This document shows, one piece after another, positions 61,901 to 64,000 of a stretch of 64,000 nt of DNA. Within the stretch, counting starts at the first letter, position 1, and every line of letters starts with the position of its first letter. The position numbers and the translations under genes were made by a program. The notes under the pieces are model-generated. The model was not told the origin of the DNA and did not search any database. It saw only the letters and a list, made by a program, of their open reading frames with translations. Source of the DNA: Balanoglossus misakiensis (taxonomy: Eukaryota; Animalia; Hemichordata); the NCBI GenBank assembly GCA_040954595.2, contig CM082598.2, forward strand, positions 4,975,097 through 5,039,096, written 5' to 3'.

Positions 61901-63599
61901 TCCTCAGGTGTTACCATGGCAACAAACTGAATGGCTCGCTCCTTTTTGAAAATTTCGTAAGACCATCTTCTTATGGATCGCATGCACTTAACAGCAGCTA
62001 TGCCGTTGTTTGCTATCAAAACCTAGGGTGAAAAAGAACACGTTTTATTAAATAAACATGTAGCTACAAACCCAGGTTTATTAAAGCGTGTAGCTCGTCT
62101 CACGCGCATGCGCGTAACTTCCCAGCACATTTCCGTTCGATGCATTAAAATAGTGGACTGCCTTCGCTTCCTTCCATATTTCATGCGCATCGTATAAGTA
62201 GATTCTGGTTTTGTCCCTCCTTTTTACCCGAGCTAGTGTCTTTTCCCGATCTCCGACACAGATTATGGTCGCCGCCATCTTCTCTGTTGTTAGGACAGAG
62301 CACTGCCTTATGGGATTGACTGTTCACTAAACGTCTGTAACCAGCGGCTACAGCTGGAACATGCGTGTGAGACGAGCTAGGCGCTTTAACCCAGCTTGGA
62401 CGAAAACTTCTGAATGACATTATAGATCACCTTACCTTATTGATAACTTTATCGCCACCAAACTTCTTCACATACTCCTCAGGGGTAGCTATGGTGAAAT
62501 CTTTCAAAGATTCTCTTCGTCTTGCTTGTTTTTGTAATTCATCTATCCTCACCAGATTCAGTCCGGACATAGTATGTCTGAAATAACACAAAAAGTGTCA
62601 ATATTGTAACTTTCTGATATTAAACCATACACTGAGTTATATGACTATCCAAGTTTGTTTCTTGTTGTTAAATGAATGGTAGCTGTCACTTTCGAGGTAT
62701 ATCTTTATAATCAATTTCTCTGGATTATATTACCGGTGCATATTTTTGTTCCAGTAGCTTGAACAGCGTGTTAAAAGAAATTCTTTTTTTTTCAGTACCA
62801 ACTGTATGTGTCTTGCATAATTGTTGTTGTTGACTAAGTATTTTCAACATCCTGACCTCAGGATCATGTTGGCTAATGGTAACAAAGATTTCTAGTATCA
62901 GCAATCACTGCCACACATCGCAGAGAACTGATGAAAAATATCACGAAAAGTGACAGCTACTCTCTTATATTAACCCTTTCACCACCATGGTTTGGTCCAA
63001 CTCTATTGTTCTTCATGGCAGAGTTAGACCTTTACATGGGGAAATGGGGGTGAAAGGGCTAACAAGACATTTCCAAAATTAAAATCAACTTACTAGTATT
63101 ATAGGATTATACAATACTACCATACATTTAGTAATTCAATAGGGATAGTGCATGTAGCAGGATTTGCATATCAATATTCAGACAGGACCTGTCAAATGTG
63201 TTAAACTACAAACATTCTACCTACTATCTCCTTGGAAATAAGCATTGAGTATGAAAAAACAAAGAACTTAAAACCAATAGATATTAAGAGTCTTTGAAAC
63301 CAATGTTTGAAGATTCTCTTTTATAACTCTAGAATAAAATGCTTGTGTGTTTGTGATATATACATAATACAACACACTGAAACTCACAACTAGTGTGTTT
63401 ATCAAAGAAATCAATCACCAGCAAATATGGCATACATTGTCCACACAACTGATGCTAACGTATATTATTGGGTTTGTCTTTAAGTGTGGACAAAAACTCT
63501 CGTACACAACACCACTGGACAGTGGAGTAACAGATGGCTTAATTAATTGTCGAGTCTGACCGGACAGTAACTAACACATTACCTCACTTCATGCTCCAT
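23824..63599 (-). CDS. ACACA: Acetyl-CoA carboxylase (multidomain BC-BT-BCCP-CD-CT), apparently complete, 50 constitutive exons
   Basis: Exons in transcript order: 63583-63599, 62436-62577, 61884-62022, 61457-61648, 60601-60809, 59960-60123, 59232-59388, 58483-58653, 58138-58229, 57625-57694, 56949-57112, 56099-56249, 55318-55421, 54552-54713, 54366-54440, 53770-53964, 53172-53262, 52519-52671, 51972-52160, 51430-51530, 50728-50941, 50002-50115, 49355-49558, 48730-48848, 46315-46455, 45513-45597, 44734-44847, 43935-44033, 41601-41738, 40920-41087, 40150-40310, 39519-39630, 38869-39024, 38078-38143, 37303-37509, 36694-36831, 36144-36264, 35473-35570, 34726-34836, 34124-34267, 33796-33916, 33421-33517, 32793-33025, 31845-32022, 31161-31306, 30604-30725, 29986-30086, 29536-29605, 27582-27721, 23824-23959. 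Motifs: [38 protein letters not shown], biotinyl [25 protein letters not shown]-terminal [11 protein letters not shown]. It is probably the single invertebrate ACC (co-orthologue of ACACA/ACACB). Confidence 0.96.
24045..26533. mobile_element. About 2.5-kb non-autonomous Kolobok-type DNA transposon in the last ACC intron
   Basis: TTAA at 24041-24044 and 26534-26537; TIR AGAGCATATCTTGCCT vs AGAGCCTATCTTACCT (14/16). It interrupts a ~50-bp AT-rich tandem repeat that continues on both sides; interior is GC-richer with no transposase ORF. Confidence 0.72.
24711..25244. mobile_element. 534-bp fold-back element with 210-bp TIRs and a 9-bp TSD (AcademH-like; MULE-like is the alternative)
   Basis: Near-identical TIRs at 24711-24920 and 25035-25244, termini TAG...CTA, exact direct repeat GTGAACTGG at 24702-24710 and 25245-25253. 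Confidence 0.9.
26853..27076. repeat. 154-bp near-perfect palindrome (26923-27076) preceded by a duplicate of its own central hairpin (26853-26922)
   Basis: Arms TTGAGTTGAGTGAAAATTGTTTCACCACTGCATCATGGG... / ...CCCATGATGCAGTGGTGAAACAATTTTCACTCAACTCAA. Confidence 0.92.
27273..27539. repeat. About 217-bp near-perfect palindrome (27273-27489) followed by a duplicate of its own central hairpin (27491-27539)
   Basis: Arms TTGAAAACTCGCCTTCACTGTTTAAATAGCTTGCTTGCA... / ...TGCAAGCAAGCTATTTAAACAGTGAAGGCGAGTTTTCAA. Confidence 0.92.
27845..28200. repeat. About 43-bp AT-rich minisatellite, about 8 copies
   Basis: AAATACTTAGAAATATTTTCAGGCTTTACTCTA repeated head to tail. Confidence 0.9.
28201..29487. repeat. 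About 106-bp satellite, about 12 copies, in an ACC intron
   Basis: CTCACTACAATTAAC.ACTAAATTTGG.GGCCATTTTGA at 28307, 28414, 28520, 28626 and onward. Confidence 0.95.
30837..30976. repeat. (CATA)n / (CAGA)n compound microsatellite
   Basis: Directly visible. Confidence 0.95.
31362..31570. mobile_element. MITE family A copy
   Basis: Both TIRs present; left end slightly clipped. Confidence 0.85.
31745..31836. mobile_element. Tiny piggyBac-type MITE (about 90 bp, TTAA-CCC...GGG-TTAA)
   Basis: TTAACCCGTTACCAC...GGGGTAAAAGGGTTAA. Related copies at about 35373-35464, 46205-46300, 57275-57350, 62970-63062. Confidence 0.65.
32521..32732. mobile_element. MITE family A copy
   Basis: Both TIRs and TA flanks present. 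Confidence 0.9.
34930..35245. repeat. 74-bp minisatellite, about 4 copies
   Basis: GACAT.CATAGAAATTCTGTAACT.AACTTAGAATTCTATAGA repeated at 74-bp spacing. Confidence 0.9.
37537..37759. mobile_element. pogo/Tigger-type MITE with a tandemly duplicated 5' end
   Basis: TA-CAGTGAAACCTGT...ACAGGTTTCACTG-TA; the first ~49 bp are repeated in tandem. Confidence 0.8.
38235..38545. mobile_element. MITE family D (about 305 bp, TTAA TSD, Kolobok-type)
   Basis: TTAA-AGCGCGTAGCTCGTCTCACACGCATG...CATGCGTGTGAGACGA...TTAA; three copies in the window. Confidence 0.85.
38653..38857. mobile_element. MITE family A copy
   Basis: Both TIRs and TA flanks present; ends about 11 nt from an ACC donor site. Confidence 0.9.
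39804..40127. mobile_element. MITE family B copy
   Basis: Both AGGGACAA TIRs with TTAA flanks. Confidence 0.85.
40352..40502. mobile_element. MITE family E copy
   Basis: TA-CAGTCGAACC...GGTTCGACTG-TA. Confidence 0.85.
41789..42133. mobile_element. MITE family B copy
   Basis: Both TIRs with TTAA flanks. Confidence 0.85.
42898..43090. mobile_element. MITE family C copy
   Basis: TTAA-AGGTATACAGTCACC...GGTGACCCTATACCT-TTAA. Confidence 0.85.
43390..43461 (-). CDS. Candidate 72-nt in-frame cassette exon of ACC ([24 protein letters not shown])
   Basis: ttttattattctatag|AGT...GAG|gtatat, phase 0-0, no stop codon, between the RARLD and FMEDRIYRH exons. Two TGCATG motifs downstream. Confidence 0.55.
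43646..43858. mobile_element. MITE family A copy
   Basis: Both TIRs present. Confidence 0.88.
44462..44656. mobile_element. MITE family C copy
   Basis: TTAA-AGGTATACGGTCACC...GGTGACCGTGTATACCT-TTAA. Confidence 0.85.
45209..45419. mobile_element. MITE family A copy
   Basis: Both TIRs present. Confidence 0.88.
45701..46056. mobile_element. MITE family B, full length (about 350 bp, long TIRs, TTAA TSD, Kolobok-type)
   Basis: TTAA-AGGGACAAAGTCTCTCTCTCGCTGCCC...GGGCAGCGAGAGAGAGACTTTGTCCCT-TTAA. Partial copies at about 13664-13845, 29806-29870, 35809-36124, 41307-41554, 54170-54348, 57160-57268, 61681-61870. Confidence 0.88.
47569..47734. mobile_element. MITE family E (about 165 bp, TA TSD, CAGT termini; pogo/Tigger-type)
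   Basis: TA-CAGTCGAACCTGT...ACAGGTTTCGACTG-TA. Copies at 40352-40502 and 49684-49851, partial at about 33950-34070; related elements at 37537-37759, about 42227-42391 and about 61117-61442. Confidence 0.85.
48367..48390 (-). CDS. Candidate 24-nt alternative microexon of ACC (adds QATFPRLR)
   Basis: cttcacag|CCAAGCCACATTTCCACGTCTAAG|gtatga, phase 2-2, directly after the ...LPTSHPN exon. Long CT tract and GACTAAC branch-point motif upstream. Confidence 0.7.
48915..49230 (+). mobile_element. tRNA-derived SINE (degenerate)
   Basis: Pol III box A-like TGGCTAGAGC and box B-like GGATTCGAGCC, followed by a typical SINE body GTGTCCTTTGGCAAGGCACTTTAC...CATTG...CCAGGAGTAAAGGGTACC. The 3' end is approximate. 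Confidence 0.65.
49684..49851. mobile_element. MITE family E copy
   Basis: TA-CAGTCGAACCTGT...ACAGGTTTGACTG-TA. Confidence 0.85.
49926..49994. repeat. (TCAA)n microsatellite
   Basis: Directly visible; starts about 8 nt after an ACC donor site. Confidence 0.95.
50439..50649. mobile_element. MITE family A copy
   Basis: Both TIRs and TA flanks present. Confidence 0.9.
51025..51361. mobile_element. MITE family B copy
   Basis: Both TIRs with TTAA flanks. Confidence 0.85.
53802..53810 (-). other. Biotin-attachment motif MKM of the ACC BCCP domain
   Basis: [10 protein letters not shown] in exon 53770-53964; the lysine codon is at 53805-53807. Confidence 0.95.
54746..54938. mobile_element. MITE family C copy
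   Basis: Same TIR and body; TTAA at both ends. Confidence 0.85.
55470..55662. mobile_element. MITE family C copy
   Basis: Perfect TIR AGGTATACGGTCACCT; TTAA at both ends. Confidence 0.87.
55852..56061. mobile_element. MITE family A copy
   Basis: Both TIRs and TA flanks present. Confidence 0.88.
56326..56629. mobile_element. piggyBac-type non-autonomous element (about 300 bp)
   Basis: TTAA-CCCTA...TAGGG-TTAA ends; internal short direct repeat CACACTTGGCAG. Confidence 0.55.
56644..56940. mobile_element. MITE family D copy
   Basis: Same TIR and body as 38235-38545; ends about 8 nt from an ACC donor site. Confidence 0.85.
57995..58128. repeat. (ACACA)n-based low-complexity repeat
   Basis: Directly visible; a related (GTGTA/GTGTT)n run lies at about 48185-48265. 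Confidence 0.9.
58940..59056. repeat. Interspersed repeat shared in inverted orientation with 4281-4393
   Basis: TTCCAGCTGACGGGCAACTTCAGCAAC...TGTGCAGACGAAACACCATGA is the reverse complement of TCATGGTGTTTCGTCTGCACA...GTTGCTGAAGTTGCCCGTCAGCTGGAA. Confidence 0.8.
59466..59683. mobile_element. MITE family A copy
   Basis: Both TIRs present; small duplication at the right end. Confidence 0.85.
60880..61091. mobile_element. MITE family A copy
   Basis: Both TIRs and TA flanks present. Confidence 0.9.
62081..62389. mobile_element. MITE family D copy (opposite orientation)
   Basis: TTAA-AGCGTGTAGCTCGTCTCAC...GTGAGACGAGCTAGGCGCT-TTAA. Confidence 0.87.
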
Positions 63600-63905
63600 G
63601 GTGGCTGTTTGTGTACAGTCTGAAGTTATATATACAGTAACACCCAAATATTTAGGCCACGGAAATCAGACGCAAAGTATGAGTCACATTGACTTTTCGG
63701 GAGCTGGTGACTTCAAACTGCAGCTGATACTGTTGGCAACCTATATAGACTATACTAGTGTCGATCATGAAGTCAGACTGAAGTTTTTCGCGATGAATGA
63801 ATAGAGGCGGACCCTTCATGCACGACAGCAGAAGTCGGCCTTACAGGGTCAATTGACTGGGGATATACAAGGTCAAAGGTCATGCACTGAGTTTGGTAAT
63901 TGGAT
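63600..63905 (-). promoter_or_regulatory. Putative ACC 5'UTR / proximal promoter
   Basis: Perfect Kozak GCCACCATGG at the 63599 ATG; TATATAG near 63745 and CCAAT near 63900 on the minus strand; direct repeat AGGTCAAAGGTCA at 63870-63882. Confidence 0.4.
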
Positions 63906-64000
63906 CAATGGTATCAGTATCTCGGCTTGTAAGTTTAAGCTGCCACAGTGTGATCGGGAAACAATCAATTTGGCTTAATTTTACGGTAGGTGGAAGGTTT

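Noticed and set aside
62565-62576. Apparent Ser-to-Thr loss of the AMPK site in RHTMSG
   Set aside because: Against MRSSMS*GLHL the AMPK serine is the one after Met and it is conserved; only the neighbouring Ser77-equivalent is Thr.

Overview
AT-rich, intron-dense eukaryotic (animal) genomic DNA. The gene structures and repeat families suggest a marine invertebrate, possibly a deuterostome such as a hemichordate; this is inference. Four spliced protein-coding genes were assembled by hand from GT/AG sites and reading frame: (1) the last six exons of CEP290 (+, to 3212), which need one GC-AG intron; (2) a single-domain, divergent phosphoethanolamine-N-methyltransferase-like SAM methyltransferase (+, 4885-8440); (3) an ARHGAP1/8-type BCH+RhoGAP gene (+, 9442-16636); (4) an apparently complete 50-exon acetyl-CoA carboxylase (-, 63599-23824). 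Introns and spacers are full of short non-autonomous DNA transposons (TA-flanked Tc1/mariner-type, TTAA-flanked Kolobok- and piggyBac-type, one AcademH-like, one Helentron-like), a tRNA-derived SINE, satellites and long palindromes. The most interesting signal is a candidate alternative-splicing control region in the ACC central-domain introns (43.2-48.5 kb). It has a 24-nt microexon at the same position and phase as the vertebrate ACACA 24-nt exon, further in-frame cassette candidates, a possible poison exon, a strand-biased cluster of UGCAUG (RBFOX) motifs and RNA hairpins next to a splice site. Nothing here is prokaryotic, and there is no CRISPR array.
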